Part shown: piece after piece, positions 48,726 to 59,271 of the stretch
Layout of the letters: each line of letters opens with the position of its first letter
Position numbering within the stretch: position 1 is the first letter of the stretch
NCBI GenBank assembly: GCA_964476835.1
Contig: CAYZCE010000002.1
Coordinates: 100,652 to 164,651, forward strand
Reading direction: 5' to 3'
Length of the DNA stretch: 64,000 nt
Source: an uncultured Rhodospirillaceae bacterium
Lineage (GTDB): Bacteria > Pseudomonadota > Alphaproteobacteria > Micavibrionales > UBA2020
Program-made: the position numbers and the translations under genes
Notes under the pieces: generated by a model
The model's database searches: none
What the model saw: only the letters and a program-made list of their open reading frames with translations
What the model was told of the DNA's origin: nothing

Positions 48726-50093
48726 ATGTCTGGAAACGCTGCAATAGAAGACCGCCTGGGTTTTCTTGAAATAGACGCCGACACGCGCGAATCGCTGCAG
48801 GACTTCCTGCCGCTGATCGACAAGGCGCTGCCCGAGGTGCTCAGGGAATTCTACAGCCACCTCGCCCTGCACCCGCAACTCATCAACATGTTCGGCACGG
48901 GCGAGCGCCGCCAGGCCGCCATCGCGCATGCGGCCGATGCGCAGACGCGTCACTGGCGCAACCTGTTCTCGGGGCGCTTCGATGCCTCCTACATGGCCTC
49001 GGTGCGCACGATCGGATTGACGCACAGCCGCATCGGCCTCGACCCGCGCTGGTATATCGGCGGCTATGCCTTCACGCTGAGCCGCATCTGGCGCATCATC
49101 TCGTTTGCGCACGGCAATTTCCTGCACCCCGCCGCCGCGCAGGACAAGACGGCGCGCATGATGCGCGCGGTCAACCAGGCCGTCATGCTCGACATGGACC
49201 TCGCCATCTCCATCTACATGGAAGAAAACAAGAAGACCTACGACCAGAAACTCGAAAAGCTGGCCGGGGAGTTCGAAAGCTCGGTCAAGGCCGTGGTCGA
49301 CACCGTCACCGCTTCCGCCGGAGCCATGCAACACAGCGCGCATGCGCTGTCGCAGATCGTCTCGGAGACGCAGCACCAGACCGAGATCGTCGCCGCCGCG
49401 ACCGAAGAGGCCGAGGCCAACGTTCAAGCCGTCGCATCCGCCACCGAGCAGCTGACCGCCTCGAGCGGCGAGATCGGCCGCCAGGTCGAGCAATCCTCGA
49501 AAACCGCGCAGCAGGCGGTCGACGGCGCCAGCCGCGCCAGCGACACCGTCGGCAGCCTCGCGCAGGCGGCGCAGAAGATCGGCGACGTCGTGCAGCTGAT
49601 CCAGCAGATCGCAGGGCAAACCAACCTGCTCGCGCTGAACGCCACCATCGAGGCCGCGCGCGCAGGCGAAGCCGGCAAGGGCTTCGCCGTCGTGGCCAAC
49701 GAGGTCAAGTCGCTCGCCAACCAGACGGCCAAGGCGACCGAGGACATCGCCCAGCAGATCTCCGGCGTGCAGAACGCGACGACGCAGACCGTCGGCGCGA
49801 TCAAGAACATCGAGGGCACCATCGGCGAGATCAGCCACATCGCCACCTCCATCGCCTCCGCCGTGGAGCAGCAAACGGCGGCGACCGGCGAGATCTCGCG
49901 CAACATCCAGCAGACCGCCACCGGCGCGACCGAGATATCCGGTAGCATCGGCAAGGTCGCCTCCTCGGCTTCGCGAACGGGCGAAACAGCCAAACAGGTT
50001 CTCGACGCCTCTGGCCACCTCTCTGAACAAGCATCAAGATTGCGCGGCGAAGTCGAGCGTTTCCTCGGCTCGTTGCGCGGAAAGGCAGCGTAA
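48726..50093 (+). CDS. Globin-coupled sensor / methyl-accepting chemotaxis protein (HemAT-like), 455 aa
   Basis: The N-terminal sensor-globin pattern has a proximal-His motif THSRIGL and WYIGGY. C-terminal MCP domain [31 protein letters not shown]. The alternative start is 48711. Confidence 0.8.
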   Translation: MSGNAAIEDRLGFLEIDADTRESLQDFLPLIDKALPEVLREFYSHLALHPQLINMFGTGERRQAAIAHAADAQTRHWRNLFSGRFDASYMASVRTIGLTHSRIGLDPRWYIGGYAFTLSRIWRIISFAHGNFLHPAAAQDKTARMMRAVNQAVMLDMDLAISIYMEENKKTYDQKLEKLAGEFESSVKAVVDTVTASAGAMQHSAHALSQIVSETQHQTEIVAAATEEAEANVQAVASATEQLTASSGEIGRQVEQSSKTAQQAVDGASRASDTVGSLAQAAQKIGDVVQLIQQIAGQTNLLALNATIEAARAGEAGKGFAVVANEVKSLANQTAKATEDIAQQISGVQNATTQTVGAIKNIEGTIGEISHIATSIASAVEQQTAATGEISRNIQQTATGATEISGSIGKVASSASRTGETAKQVLDASGHLSEQASRLRGEVERFLGSLRGKAA

Positions 50094-50098
50094 ACACC

Positions 50099-50482
50099 AT
50101 GGCCATCACACCCGCCACCATGCGCGTCCTGATCGTCGACGATTACAAGACGATGCTGACGATCATCCGCAACCTGCTCAAGCAGATCGGCTTCAGCGAC
50201 ATCGACGAGGCCACCGACGGCGGCGCGGCGCTCGGCCTGATCGGGCAGAAACCTTACGACCTCGTCATCTCCGACTGGAACATGGAGCCGATGACCGGGC
50301 TCGACCTGCTCAAGGCCGTGCGCGAAAAAGGCAACAAGGTGCCCTTCATCATGGTCACCGCCGAGAGCAAGGTGGAGAACGTCGTCGCCGCCAAGCAGGC
50401 GGGCGTCAACAACTACATCGTCAAGCCGTTCAACGCCGACACGCTGAAGGCCAAGCTGGTCGCGACGCTGGGGCAGTTCTGA
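50099..50482 (+). CDS. cheY: Chemotaxis response regulator CheY (127 aa)
   Basis: VLIVDD, DLVISDWNMEPMTG, VKPF. Confidence 0.9.
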   Translation: MAITPATMRVLIVDDYKTMLTIIRNLLKQIGFSDIDEATDGGAALGLIGQKPYDLVISDWNMEPMTGLDLLKAVREKGNKVPFIMVTAESKVENVVAAKQAGVNNYIVKPFNADTLKAKLVATLGQF

Positions 50483-50483
50483 C

Positions 50484-51062
50484 ATGGACAAGGTTTACAA
50501 GCGCGACCAGGTCGTCGAGATCGTCAACGCCGTGCTCGACCGCGTCCATGCGCCGGAACACGCGGTGCTCGGCCGCGAACTGGCGGGCTTGCGCGACACC
50601 ATCCTGCAGTTCCTCAACCAATTGAGCGCCTCGCGACCCGACGACATCAGCCGCACGCATACGCCGAGCGCGCGGGACGAGCTGGAAGCCGTCGTCACCG
50701 CGACCGAGCAGGCCACCGTCACTATCATGGAATCCTGCGAGAAGATCCTCGAGACCATGAAGGCCGCGCCCGCCGCCGTCGCGCGCGACGTCGAGGCCTG
50801 CGCGGTGCGCATCTTCGAGGCCTGCACCTTCCAGGACATCACCGGCCAGCGCATCCGCAAGGTGACCGACAACCTGCACCAGATCGACGCCAAGATCGTC
50901 TCGATCCTCGCCGCCCTCGGCGGGCCCTCGGCCGAAGTGCCGAGCGACGGCGACCTCCAGCGCGCCTCCACCCTGCTGAACGGCCCCGCCCTGCCGCAAC
51001 AGGCCGTCACGCAGGACGAGATCGACATGTTGCTCGCCGCATTCGACAACGCCAACGCATAG
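50484..51062 (+). CDS. cheZ: CheZ-like CheY-P phosphatase (192 aa)
   Basis: The FQDITGQRIRKV catalytic Gln motif characteristic of CheZ, plus its position between cheY and cheA. Confidence 0.7.
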   Translation: MDKVYKRDQVVEIVNAVLDRVHAPEHAVLGRELAGLRDTILQFLNQLSASRPDDISRTHTPSARDELEAVVTATEQATVTIMESCEKILETMKAAPAAVARDVEACAVRIFEACTFQDITGQRIRKVTDNLHQIDAKIVSILAALGGPSAEVPSDGDLQRASTLLNGPALPQQAVTQDEIDMLLAAFDNANA

Positions 51063-51071
51063 GAGGGCTGC

Positions 51072-53147
51072 ATGGACGACGTTCTGGCCGAATTCCTCAC
51101 CGAAACCGGGGAAAGCCTCGGCGAGCTCGACACCGACCTCGTGCATCTCGAGCGAAATCCGGACGACCGCGCCCTGCTCTCCAAGATCTTCCGCGTCATG
51201 CATACGATCAAGGGCACCAGCGGATTCCTGAACCTGCCGCGCCTCGGCGCCGTCGCGCACCATGCGGAAGACCTGCTCGGCCTGTTCCGCGACGGCAAGC
51301 TGCCGGTCACGGCGGCGTCCGTCTCGCTGATCCTTGAATCGCTCGACCGTATCAAGTCGATCCTCGCCAAGCTGGAGGGCGAAGGACAGGAGCCAGCAGG
51401 CGACGACAGTGCCCTGATCGAACGCCTGACTGCCGCCGCCAGCGGCAATACCGCCGCCCTGCCCGCCGAAGAACCTGCGGAAAAAGCCGATGAGGCCGCC
51501 ACCACCGTCGCATCTGGCGTCGCCGCGCAATCCCTGCGCGTCAGCGTCGACGTGCTCGAAAACCTGATGACGCTGGTGAGCGAGCTTGTGCTGACGCGCA
51601 ACCAGATCCTGCAGGTGGCGCGCACGCAGAAAGACAACGGCATGGGCAGCTCCCTGCAGCGCCTCAACCATATCGTCTCCGACCTGCAGGACGGCGTGAT
51701 GAAGACGCGCATGCAGCCGGTCGGCAGCGCGTGGTCGAAACTGCCGCGCATCGTGCGCGACATCGCCAGCGATCTCGGCAAGAAGATCGAGCTGGAGATG
51801 CTCGGGCAGGAAACCGAGCTGGACCGCCAGGTGCTCGAGATGATCCGCGACCCGCTCACCCACATGGTCCGCAACTCCGCCGACCACGGCATCGAAAAGC
51901 CGGAAGACCGCCGCGCGGCGGGCAAGCCCGACAGCGGCCGCATCCGCCTCAATTCGTATCACGAGGGCGGGCATATCATCATCGAGATCTCCGACGACGG
52001 GCGCGGGCTGCAACTGGCCAAGATCCGCCAGAAGATCCTCGATAACCGCCTTGCGACCGAAGCCGAGCTGGCCGCAATGACGGGACAGCAGGTGCAGCAA
52101 TATATCTTCCACGCCGGTTTCTCGACGGCGGAGGCGGTCACCGCCATCTCCGGCCGCGGCGTCGGCATGGACGTCGTGCGTTCCAACATCGAGAAGATCG
52201 GCGGCGCCATCGAGATGCGCGCCGTCGAAGGGCGCGGCACCACCTTCACCATCAAGATCCCGCTGACGCTGGCCATCGTCTCCGCGCTCATCGTCGGGGT
52301 CGACAGCGAGCGCTTCGCCATCCCGCAGCTCGACGTGACGGAACTCGTCATGCTGACGCCGGGCGGGCCGAACCGCATCGAGACCATCAACGGCGCACCG
52401 GTCTTCCGCCTGCGCGAACGGGTGCTGCCGCTGATCTCGCTGCAATCGCTGCTCGGCCTGCCCGCGCGCGCCGACGCGGGCGTGCGCTACCTTGCCATCA
52501 TCAGCGCGGCGACGCGCAGCTTCGGCCTCATCGTCGACCAGGTCTTCGATACCGAGGAAATCGTGGTCAAGCCCGTCGGAAGCCTGCTGCACGGGCAGGC
52601 AGTATTCTCCGGCAACACGATCCTCGGCGACGGTCAGGTCATCATGATCCTCGATTCCGCCGGTATCTTGCGCGCCTCCGGCATCACCGACGGCGCGCAT
52701 ATCCACCACGACCGCGCGGCCGATGCGGCGGAAAACGCAAACGCCGGCGACGAAATCCCGCTATTGCTTTTCACCGCCGGCGACGCGCAACTCAAGGCGG
52801 TGCCGCTGCAGCATGTCGCACGGCTCGAGGAAATCAACATCGACGACATCGAGCGCGCCGGCGGCCGCCGCGTCGTGCAATACGGCGACAAGCTGATGCC
52901 CGTCTACCTGTGCGACGCCGGCATGGAGCTGCCCGCCGCCGGCAAACGCCCCGTCATCGTCTTCAAGGCGCAGGACGGACAGGCCGGCCTGCTGGTCGAC
53001 CGCATCCTCGACATCACTACCCACCGCGGCGACTACCAGATCCGCGAAGATGGCAGGGGCGATCTGGAAGGCAGCGCCATCGTGCGCGGCGAAGTCACCG
53101 ACATCGTCAACCTCGCCTCCGCGCGCTTCAGGGACGCAACGCCATGA
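51072..53147 (+). CDS. cheA: Chemotaxis histidine kinase CheA (691 aa)
   Basis: Hpt HTIKGTSG, HATPase motifs (DPLTHMVRNSADHGIE, DDGRGL, GRGVGMDVV), C-terminal CheW-like domain. AGGAGGG SD. Confidence 0.95.
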   Translation: MDDVLAEFLTETGESLGELDTDLVHLERNPDDRALLSKIFRVMHTIKGTSGFLNLPRLGAVAHHAEDLLGLFRDGKLPVTAASVSLILESLDRIKSILAKLEGEGQEPAGDDSALIERLTAAASGNTAALPAEEPAEKADEAATTVASGVAAQSLRVSVDVLENLMTLVSELVLTRNQILQVARTQKDNGMGSSLQRLNHIVSDLQDGVMKTRMQPVGSAWSKLPRIVRDIASDLGKKIELEMLGQETELDRQVLEMIRDPLTHMVRNSADHGIEKPEDRRAAGKPDSGRIRLNSYHEGGHIIIEISDDGRGLQLAKIRQKILDNRLATEAELAAMTGQQVQQYIFHAGFSTAEAVTAISGRGVGMDVVRSNIEKIGGAIEMRAVEGRGTTFTIKIPLTLAIVSALIVGVDSERFAIPQLDVTELVMLTPGGPNRIETINGAPVFRLRERVLPLISLQSLLGLPARADAGVRYLAIISAATRSFGLIVDQVFDTEEIVVKPVGSLLHGQAVFSGNTILGDGQVIMILDSAGILRASGITDGAHIHHDRAADAAENANAGDEIPLLLFTAGDAQLKAVPLQHVARLEEINIDDIERAGGRRVVQYGDKLMPVYLCDAGMELPAAGKRPVIVFKAQDGQAGLLVDRILDITTHRGDYQIREDGRGDLEGSAIVRGEVTDIVNLASARFRDATP

Positions 53148-53593
53148 CCCAATCCCTTCCCGCTTCCGAGCAGTTCCTTTCCTTCACGCTAGCTGGGCAA
53201 ATGTTCGGCGTGCCGATCCTGCAGGTCAACGACGTGCTCGGCCCTCACAAGATCACCCGCGCCCCGCTCGCGCCGCCCGCCGTCGCCGGCGTCATGAACC
53301 TGCGCGGACGCATCGTCACCGCCATCGACGTGCGCAAATGCCTCGGCCAGCCGGCGCGCACGGCGGACGAAAGCCACATGGGCGTCGTCATCGATTCCAA
53401 AGGCGAGCTGTTCAGCCTGATGATCGACAAGGTCGGCGACGTGCTCTCGCTGGCACCGGACACTTTCGAGGCCGTGCCGGCGACGCTCGACGCCACGTGG
53501 CGCGGCGTGTCGTCGGGCATCCACAAGCTCAAGGACAGCATCCTCCTCGTGCTCGACGTCGGGCAGCTGCTGCGGCTGGCGGGCAACCGCTAG
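53144..53593 (+). CDS. cheW: Chemotaxis coupling protein CheW (149 aa)
   Basis: FLSFTLAGQMFGVPILQVNDV and GVMNLRGRIV. ATGA overlap with cheA. Confidence 0.9.
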   Translation: MTQSLPASEQFLSFTLAGQMFGVPILQVNDVLGPHKITRAPLAPPAVAGVMNLRGRIVTAIDVRKCLGQPARTADESHMGVVIDSKGELFSLMIDKVGDVLSLAPDTFEAVPATLDATWRGVSSGIHKLKDSILLVLDVGQLLRLAGNR

Positions 53594-54640
53594 ATGACGG
53601 CGCCCGTCCGCGTCCTGATCGTCGACGACTCCGCCGTGATCCGCACCGTCATCACGCGCACCCTGACGACCGAGCCGGACATGGCCGTCGTCGGCACCGC
53701 GCCGAACGGTGAGGCTGGCGTGAAAAGCATCCAGCGGCTCGACCCCGACATCGTCGTCCTCGACATCGAGATGCCGGTGATGGACGGCCTGACGGCCCTG
53801 CCGCTGATCCTGAAAGAAAAGCCGGGCGTGAAGGTGCTGATCTGCTCGACGCTGTCGGCGCGCGGGGCGGACATCAGCGTGCGCGCGCTGGAGCTCGGCG
53901 CGGCGGAATGCCTGCTCAAGCCCGGCAGCAGCGCCATCGTCACCGCCGACAGCTTCCGTGCCGAGCTGCTGCGCGTCATCCGCGCGCTCGCCGGCCGCCG
54001 CGCTGGCGCGGCGCAGAAAGCCACTGGAAAATTCACGCTGCGCCCGGCCGTCGCCGCGCCGCCGCCACGCATCGTCGCCATCGGCAGCTCGACCGGCGGG
54101 CCGAAGGCGCTGATGGACGTCATGCCCGGCCTGAAAGGCCTCAATGTGCCCATCATCGTCACGCAGCACATGCCCGCCACCTTCACCGCCATGCTCGCGC
54201 AGCATATCGCCGAGCGCAGCGGCATCCCGAGCCATGAAGCGACGGAAGGCATGACGGTGCGCCCCGGCTGCGTCTACGTCGCGCCGGGCGGCCGCCACAT
54301 GACGCTGAAGCGCGGCGCGGGCGACCCCGTCATCGCGCTTACCGACGAGCCGCCCGAGAATTTCTGCCGCCCCTCGGTCAACCCGATGCTGCGCAGCCTG
54401 ATCCCGATCTACGGCAACCGCATCATGACGGTCATGCTCACCGGCATGGGCATCGACGGGTCGCAGGCCGCGGCCGATGTCGTCGCCGCCGGCGGCCGCG
54501 TCATCGCGCAGGACGAGGCCACTTCCGTCGTCTGGGGCATGCCGGGCGCGGTGGCCATGGCAGGGCTCTGCTCCGCCGTGCTGCCCGCGGAGAAAATTTC
54601 CGACGCCGTCAAGGCCGCGCTGGCAGGGAGACCGCTATGA
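53594..54640 (+). CDS. cheB: Chemotaxis methylesterase/deamidase CheB (348 aa)
   Basis: Receiver VLIVDDS...DIEMP, and esterase IGSSTGGP, TQHMP, GMGIDG. Confidence 0.95.
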   Translation: MTAPVRVLIVDDSAVIRTVITRTLTTEPDMAVVGTAPNGEAGVKSIQRLDPDIVVLDIEMPVMDGLTALPLILKEKPGVKVLICSTLSARGADISVRALELGAAECLLKPGSSAIVTADSFRAELLRVIRALAGRRAGAAQKATGKFTLRPAVAAPPPRIVAIGSSTGGPKALMDVMPGLKGLNVPIIVTQHMPATFTAMLAQHIAERSGIPSHEATEGMTVRPGCVYVAPGGRHMTLKRGAGDPVIALTDEPPENFCRPSVNPMLRSLIPIYGNRIMTVMLTGMGIDGSQAAADVVAAGGRVIAQDEATSVVWGMPGAVAMAGLCSAVLPAEKISDAVKAALAGRPL

Positions 54641-55458
54641 CCATGTCACCGGACGAATTTACTTTCTTCCAGGCCTGGATCCACAAGAAGACCGGCGTGG
54701 CGTTCCAGAACGACAAGACCTACTTGTTGGAATCGCGCCTGTCGCCGGTGCTCAAGACGCATGGCATTGCCCATTTGGCCGCACTGTCGCATGCCTTGCG
54801 GAACGCGCCGGATTCCGAGCTGGCGCAGCAGGTGATCGACGTGCTGACGACGCACGAGACGATGTTCTTCCGCGACCCCAAGCTGTTCGACTATTTCCGC
54901 ACCGCGATCCTGCCCGAGCTGGGCGGCAAGCGGAACAACCAGTTGCGGATCTGGTCGTCGGCCTGCGCGACGGGGCAGGAGCCTTATTCCATCGCTCTCG
55001 CCTTGCACGAAACGCTGCCGCGCCCGGCGGACTGGCGCATCGAGATCGTCGCGACCGACATTTCCACCGCCGCGCTCGACAAGGCGCGCAGCGGGGAATA
55101 CACGCCGTTCGAGGTGCAGCGCGGCCTGCCGCCACATATGGTCGAAAAGCACTTTGCGCCCGCCGGCCGGAACTGGAAGATCAAGGACAACATCCGCGAG
55201 CGCGTGCGCTTCCAGATCTTCAACCTGCTCGACCAGATGGACCATTTCGGTACATTTGATGCCGTGTTCTGCCGCAACGTCATGATCTACTTCAATGAAG
55301 AGACGAAGAAGAAGGTGCTGACCAACCTCGTCAATCGCCTGCCGCAGGGCGGCTACCTGATGGTCGGTGCGACCGAGACGGTGCTGGGCCTCTGCCCGAA
55401 CCTCAAGGCACATCCGCAATGCCCGGGGCTTTACAGCCGCTTTGACGCAGCAGCCTGA
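54637..55458 (+). CDS. cheR: Chemotaxis methyltransferase CheR (273 aa)
   Basis: ETMFFRD, IWSSACATGQEPYS, FCRNVMIYF. ATGA overlap with cheB. Confidence 0.95.
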   Translation: MTMSPDEFTFFQAWIHKKTGVAFQNDKTYLLESRLSPVLKTHGIAHLAALSHALRNAPDSELAQQVIDVLTTHETMFFRDPKLFDYFRTAILPELGGKRNNQLRIWSSACATGQEPYSIALALHETLPRPADWRIEIVATDISTAALDKARSGEYTPFEVQRGLPPHMVEKHFAPAGRNWKIKDNIRERVRFQIFNLLDQMDHFGTFDAVFCRNVMIYFNEETKKKVLTNLVNRLPQGGYLMVGATETVLGLCPNLKAHPQCPGLYSRFDAAA

Positions 55459-56460
55459 TCAATCGTACGTCAGGTCGTGCGCCTTGCCGTGGAAGATGCG
55501 GTAGGCGATGAACGTATATCCGATCAGCAGCGGCAGCACGACGAGCGCGCCGACAAGGATGATCATCAGCGATTCCGGCGCGCTCGCCGCATCGACGATC
55601 TTGAGCTGGTCGGGGACGATATAAGGGTAGAAGCTGTAGGCCAGCCCGATAAAGCAGAGGATAAAGACGCCGACCGTCGCCGCGAAGGGCACCCAGACGC
55701 GGCCCGCTTTCGGCTGCACGCTGAGGCTGCGGAAGAGCACGATCAACAGCGCCAGCGTCAACAAGGGAATGGGCGCAAGCATGAAAACGGCGGGCGTCGA
55801 GAACCACTTCTCGAAGATGCGGGAACTGACAAGCGGCGTGGCGAGCGAGATCAGCGCGATCCCCTGCACCGTCGCCCCGAGCGACATCATCCCCCATCGC
55901 GCGGCTTTTTTCTGCAGCGCGCCTTCGGTTTTCATGAGCAGCCAGCCGGAAGCGATCAGGCAATAACCTGCCACAACCGAGACGCCTGAGAGCAGCGAGA
56001 ATGCAATCGCGCCCAATCGCGCGTCGAAGCCGAGGATGTAGGAGCCGAGCATATACCCTTGCGAAAACGCCGCCAGCAGCGAGCCGAAGATGAAGGCATT
56101 GTTCCAGGCGCGGCGGTGCGCATCTTTCGCCTTGGCGCGGAAGTCGAAAGCGACCCCGCGCAGGATCAATCCCGCCAGCATCACGGCGACAGGCAGGTAA
56201 AGGTGCGTCAGGATGATGCCGTGCGCAGCAGGAAACGCGACCAGAAGCAGGCCGACGCCGAGCACCAGCCACGTCTCGTTCGCATCCCAGAAGGGGCCGA
56301 TGGAGCCGATCATGCGGTCTTGCTCGTCCGGCTCCGCCGCGCGCATCAGCACGCCGACGCCGAGATCGTAGCCGTCGAGCACCGCGTAAATCAGCATGGC
56401 CAAGCCCATCAGGCCGGCGAAAACCAGCGGCAGCCACTGCCCGTTCGCGAAGATTTCCAT
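55459..56460 (-). CDS. cydB: Cytochrome bd-type ubiquinol oxidase subunit II (333 aa)
   Basis: LDGYDLGVG and WDANETWLV motifs. It lies directly downstream of cydA. Confidence 0.9.
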   Translation of the reverse strand: MEIFANGQWLPLVFAGLMGLAMLIYAVLDGYDLGVGVLMRAAEPDEQDRMIGSIGPFWDANETWLVLGVGLLLVAFPAAHGIILTHLYLPVAVMLAGLILRGVAFDFRAKAKDAHRRAWNNAFIFGSLLAAFSQGYMLGSYILGFDARLGAIAFSLLSGVSVVAGYCLIASGWLLMKTEGALQKKAARWGMMSLGATVQGIALISLATPLVSSRIFEKWFSTPAVFMLAPIPLLTLALLIVLFRSLSVQPKAGRVWVPFAATVGVFILCFIGLAYSFYPYIVPDQLKIVDAASAPESLMIILVGALVVLPLLIGYTFIAYRIFHGKAHDLTYD

Positions 56461-56470
56461 GGGCGTCTCC

Positions 56471-57772
56471 TTATTTTGCAGCCTTGCGGGCCATGTGGAA
56501 CAACGTGCCGATAAATGCGGTCAGCAGCACGGCGTACAGCGCCAGGTACATCGTCAGGCTGAAACCGATGGAAGACGCGGGCACCTTGGATGCCGCATCG
56601 ACCGTCTTGAGCACGCCGGTCACCAGCCACGGCTGGCGGCCGATCTCGGTCACGTACCAGCCGGCGAGCGTCGCCGCCCAGCCGGAGAACGCCATCGGCA
56701 CCAGAAGCGCGCTCAGCACACCCGGCAGCGCACGCCCGCGCCATAAGTATAAAGCGGCAGACCACGCCGCGAACAGCATCAGGAATCCGACGCCGACCAT
56801 GATGCGGAAACCGAAGAACAGCGGCGCCACCGGCGGATGGTTGTCGGCGAAGGCGTCGATGCCCTTAAGTTCGCCGTCGCGCGCGTGGGTGAGGACGACG
56901 CTGGCCATTTGCGGCAGCTCGACGGCGTAATCGTTGCTTTGCGTCTTGGCGTTCGGCACGGCGAAGAGCACCAGCGGCGCGCCGGCCTGCGTCTTCCACA
57001 GCGCTTCCATCGCCGCGATCTTCTGCGGCTGGTGGTGCAGCGTGTTCAGGCCGTGCAGGTCACCCATGAAGATTTGCAACGGGATCAGCACGGCTGCTGC
57101 GAAGACGCCGCATTTGAGCGCGGCCGCCACTGCCGCCGTCCGGTCGCCGTGGCGCCAGCGCCATGCCGAGATTCCGGCGATCAGGAAAGAGGCCGTCAGA
57201 CCGGAAGCCAGTAGCATATGCGTCAGTCGGTAAGGGAAAGACGGGTTGAAGATGATGCGGAACCAGCTGGTCGCATGCGCGACGCCGCCATGCATCTCGA
57301 AGCCGTCGGGCGTCTGCATCCAGCTGTTGAGCGCCAGGATCCAGAACGCCGAGGCCGTGGTGCCGAAGGCGACGAGGAACGTCGCCAGCGTATGCACCTT
57401 CGCGGGCACGCGGCGGAAGCCGAACAGCATGATGCCGAGGAACGTCGCTTCCAGAAAGAACGCGGTCAGCACCTCATAAGCCAGCAGCGGCCCTGCGATA
57501 TTGCCGACCGTCAGCATGTAACCCGGCCAGTTGGTGCCGAACTGAAACGACATGGTCACGCCGCTGACGATGCCGAGCGCGAAGCACAGCGCGAAAACCT
57601 TCGTCCAGAAAAAATAGGCGTCCATCCACTTGTTGTCGCCTGTCGCCGCAAAGCGCGACTTGAAGAACAACAGGAACCAGCCGAGCGCGATGGTGATGCT
57701 GGGAAACAAAATGTGGAACGAAATATTTGCCGCGAACTGGATGCGCGCCAACAGGGCGGGGTCGAGAGCCAT
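56471..57772 (-). CDS. cydA: Cytochrome bd-type ubiquinol oxidase subunit I (433 aa; short form, so probably the short-Q-loop / CIO-like type)
   Basis: LARIQFA...FHILF, the GDLHG region, GWYVTEIGRQPW. The short-form inference rests on length only. Confidence 0.9.
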   Translation of the reverse strand: MALDPALLARIQFAANISFHILFPSITIALGWFLLFFKSRFAATGDNKWMDAYFFWTKVFALCFALGIVSGVTMSFQFGTNWPGYMLTVGNIAGPLLAYEVLTAFFLEATFLGIMLFGFRRVPAKVHTLATFLVAFGTTASAFWILALNSWMQTPDGFEMHGGVAHATSWFRIIFNPSFPYRLTHMLLASGLTASFLIAGISAWRWRHGDRTAAVAAALKCGVFAAAVLIPLQIFMGDLHGLNTLHHQPQKIAAMEALWKTQAGAPLVLFAVPNAKTQSNDYAVELPQMASVVLTHARDGELKGIDAFADNHPPVAPLFFGFRIMVGVGFLMLFAAWSAALYLWRGRALPGVLSALLVPMAFSGWAATLAGWYVTEIGRQPWLVTGVLKTVDAASKVPASSIGFSLTMYLALYAVLLTAFIGTLFHMARKAAK

Positions 57773-57857
57773 GACTTACTCCTCCATCAGGGCGCCACCA
57801 TACCCTATATATAAGGCATTGAAAAGATTGAAATATAGAGGAGTTTTTTAGTCCTGT

Positions 57858-59267
57858 TTACGTCACCGGAGAGCCGCCGAGCGCGACGAAAAGACGCGCC
57901 GTATCAAGGTACTGGCGGCCCTGCGCCTCGGTCAGGCCGAGGCGCGCGTGGCCGAGCAGGCGCTGCGCGTCCTGCACTTGCAGCAGGCTGATGTTGCCGG
58001 CCTCGTAACTTTTGCGCGCCAAGTCGAGCGAAGAACGCGCAGTCTCGACGGCGCGGCGGTGCGCGGCGACGTCTTCCGCATCATGCGTCAATGCGGAGAG
58101 GGAATCCGCCACCTGCCCGAAGGCATTGAGGATCGTCTGCTGGTAGACGGCCAGCGCCTGTTTGTAGTTGTGCTCCACTGCGCGCTTTTCAGCGGAGAGC
58201 GTGTCGTTCATGACCGGCATGGTGGCGTTGGCGGCGATGGCCCAGGCCGTAGCCGCGCTCTTGAAGAGGCCGGCGGGCGTCAGTGCTTCCTGCATCACGT
58301 TGGCGCTCAAGGTCAGGCTTGGATAGAGGTTGGCCTCGGCGACGCCGATCGCGGCGGAGGCCGCGTGCAGGTTGGCCTCGGCGGCGAGGATGTCGGGACG
58401 GCTGCGCGCCAGTTCCGACGGCAGGCGCAGCGGAATCTCCTTCGGCAACGCGAAGGCGTCGAGCTTGAAGGGCGGCGCGGCTTCGTCGGCGGGCGCATGG
58501 CTGGTCAGCACGGCGAGGGAGTGGCGCGCGACGCTCATCCTTTGCTTGAGCGGCGGCAGCAGCGTGGTGTCGCTGTCAAGCTGGCTTTGCGCGGCGAGGA
58601 TATCCACCTTGGTGCCCGCACCGGCGGCGTAGGACTTGCGCGTGAGGTCCAGCGTCTTGCGGTCGTCGGAGATGATGCTTTCGACCGCGGCAATGCCGGC
58701 CTTGGCGGTGGCGATGTCCACCGCGGCGGCAACAACGTTGCCGGTCAGCGAGACATAGGCGGCGTCCAGCTGGCGCGCGCTATAGTCGGCGAAGGCCTGA
58801 CGCTGCTCCACGCGACGCTTGCCGCCGCCGAAGATGTCGGGCGTCCAGCTGGCCGAGGCGCCGACCTCATAAGCCGTGAACGGCGGGATCGCGAAGTCGG
58901 AAGGACCGAACATCGCCGCGCCGTATTTCTGGCGCGGCACCGCGGCGGCCAGCGCGACTTGCGGCTGCAACGTGCCCTCTTCCGCCCGCACGGCTTCTTG
59001 GGCCGCGGCCAGCGACTCTTGTGCGGCAACAATGCCGGGATTGTGGTCGATGGCGGTTGCGATGGCATCGTCGAGCGGCGCGGAGGCGAAGAGACGCCAC
59101 CATTCGCGCTGCAATTGCTTGCCGACGGCGACGCGCTGACCGTGCGGCAGGGCTTCATCGGCGGCAAGGTAGGAGGCCGTCTTGGGCGCTTCCGGCGGCG
59201 TGAAATCAGGACCGCGCGTGCAGGCGGCCAAGGCGATCAGAAGAGCGAGGGCGGAAATTCTTTTCAT
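57858..59267 (-). CDS. NodT-family efflux outer-membrane lipoprotein (469 aa)
   Basis: Lipobox LIALAAC, duplicated OEP (TolC-like) repeats, GGAG SD 7 nt before ATG 59267. Confidence 0.85.
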   Translation of the reverse strand: MKRISALALLIALAACTRGPDFTPPEAPKTASYLAADEALPHGQRVAVGKQLQREWWRLFASAPLDDAIATAIDHNPGIVAAQESLAAAQEAVRAEEGTLQPQVALAAAVPRQKYGAAMFGPSDFAIPPFTAYEVGASASWTPDIFGGGKRRVEQRQAFADYSARQLDAAYVSLTGNVVAAAVDIATAKAGIAAVESIISDDRKTLDLTRKSYAAGAGTKVDILAAQSQLDSDTTLLPPLKQRMSVARHSLAVLTSHAPADEAAPPFKLDAFALPKEIPLRLPSELARSRPDILAAEANLHAASAAIGVAEANLYPSLTLSANVMQEALTPAGLFKSAATAWAIAANATMPVMNDTLSAEKRAVEHNYKQALAVYQQTILNAFGQVADSLSALTHDAEDVAAHRRAVETARSSLDLARKSYEAGNISLLQVQDAQRLLGHARLGLTEAQGRQYLDTARLFVALGGSPVT

Positions 59268-59271
59268 GACA

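Noticed and set aside
55456-55461. The cheR stop (TGA 55456-55458) and the cydB stop (55459-55461 on the minus strand) abut with zero intergenic bases and no terminator.
   Set aside because: It is real in the sequence but is probably just genome compaction. There is nothing further to interpret without transcript 3'-end data.
57773-57857. I searched for FNR/FixK-type boxes (TTGAT-N4-ATCAA) upstream of cydA, and also upstream of the HemN-family gene at 13778-13900.
   Set aside because: I could read no match to the consensus in either spacer. Oxygen-responsive control cannot be claimed from sequence.
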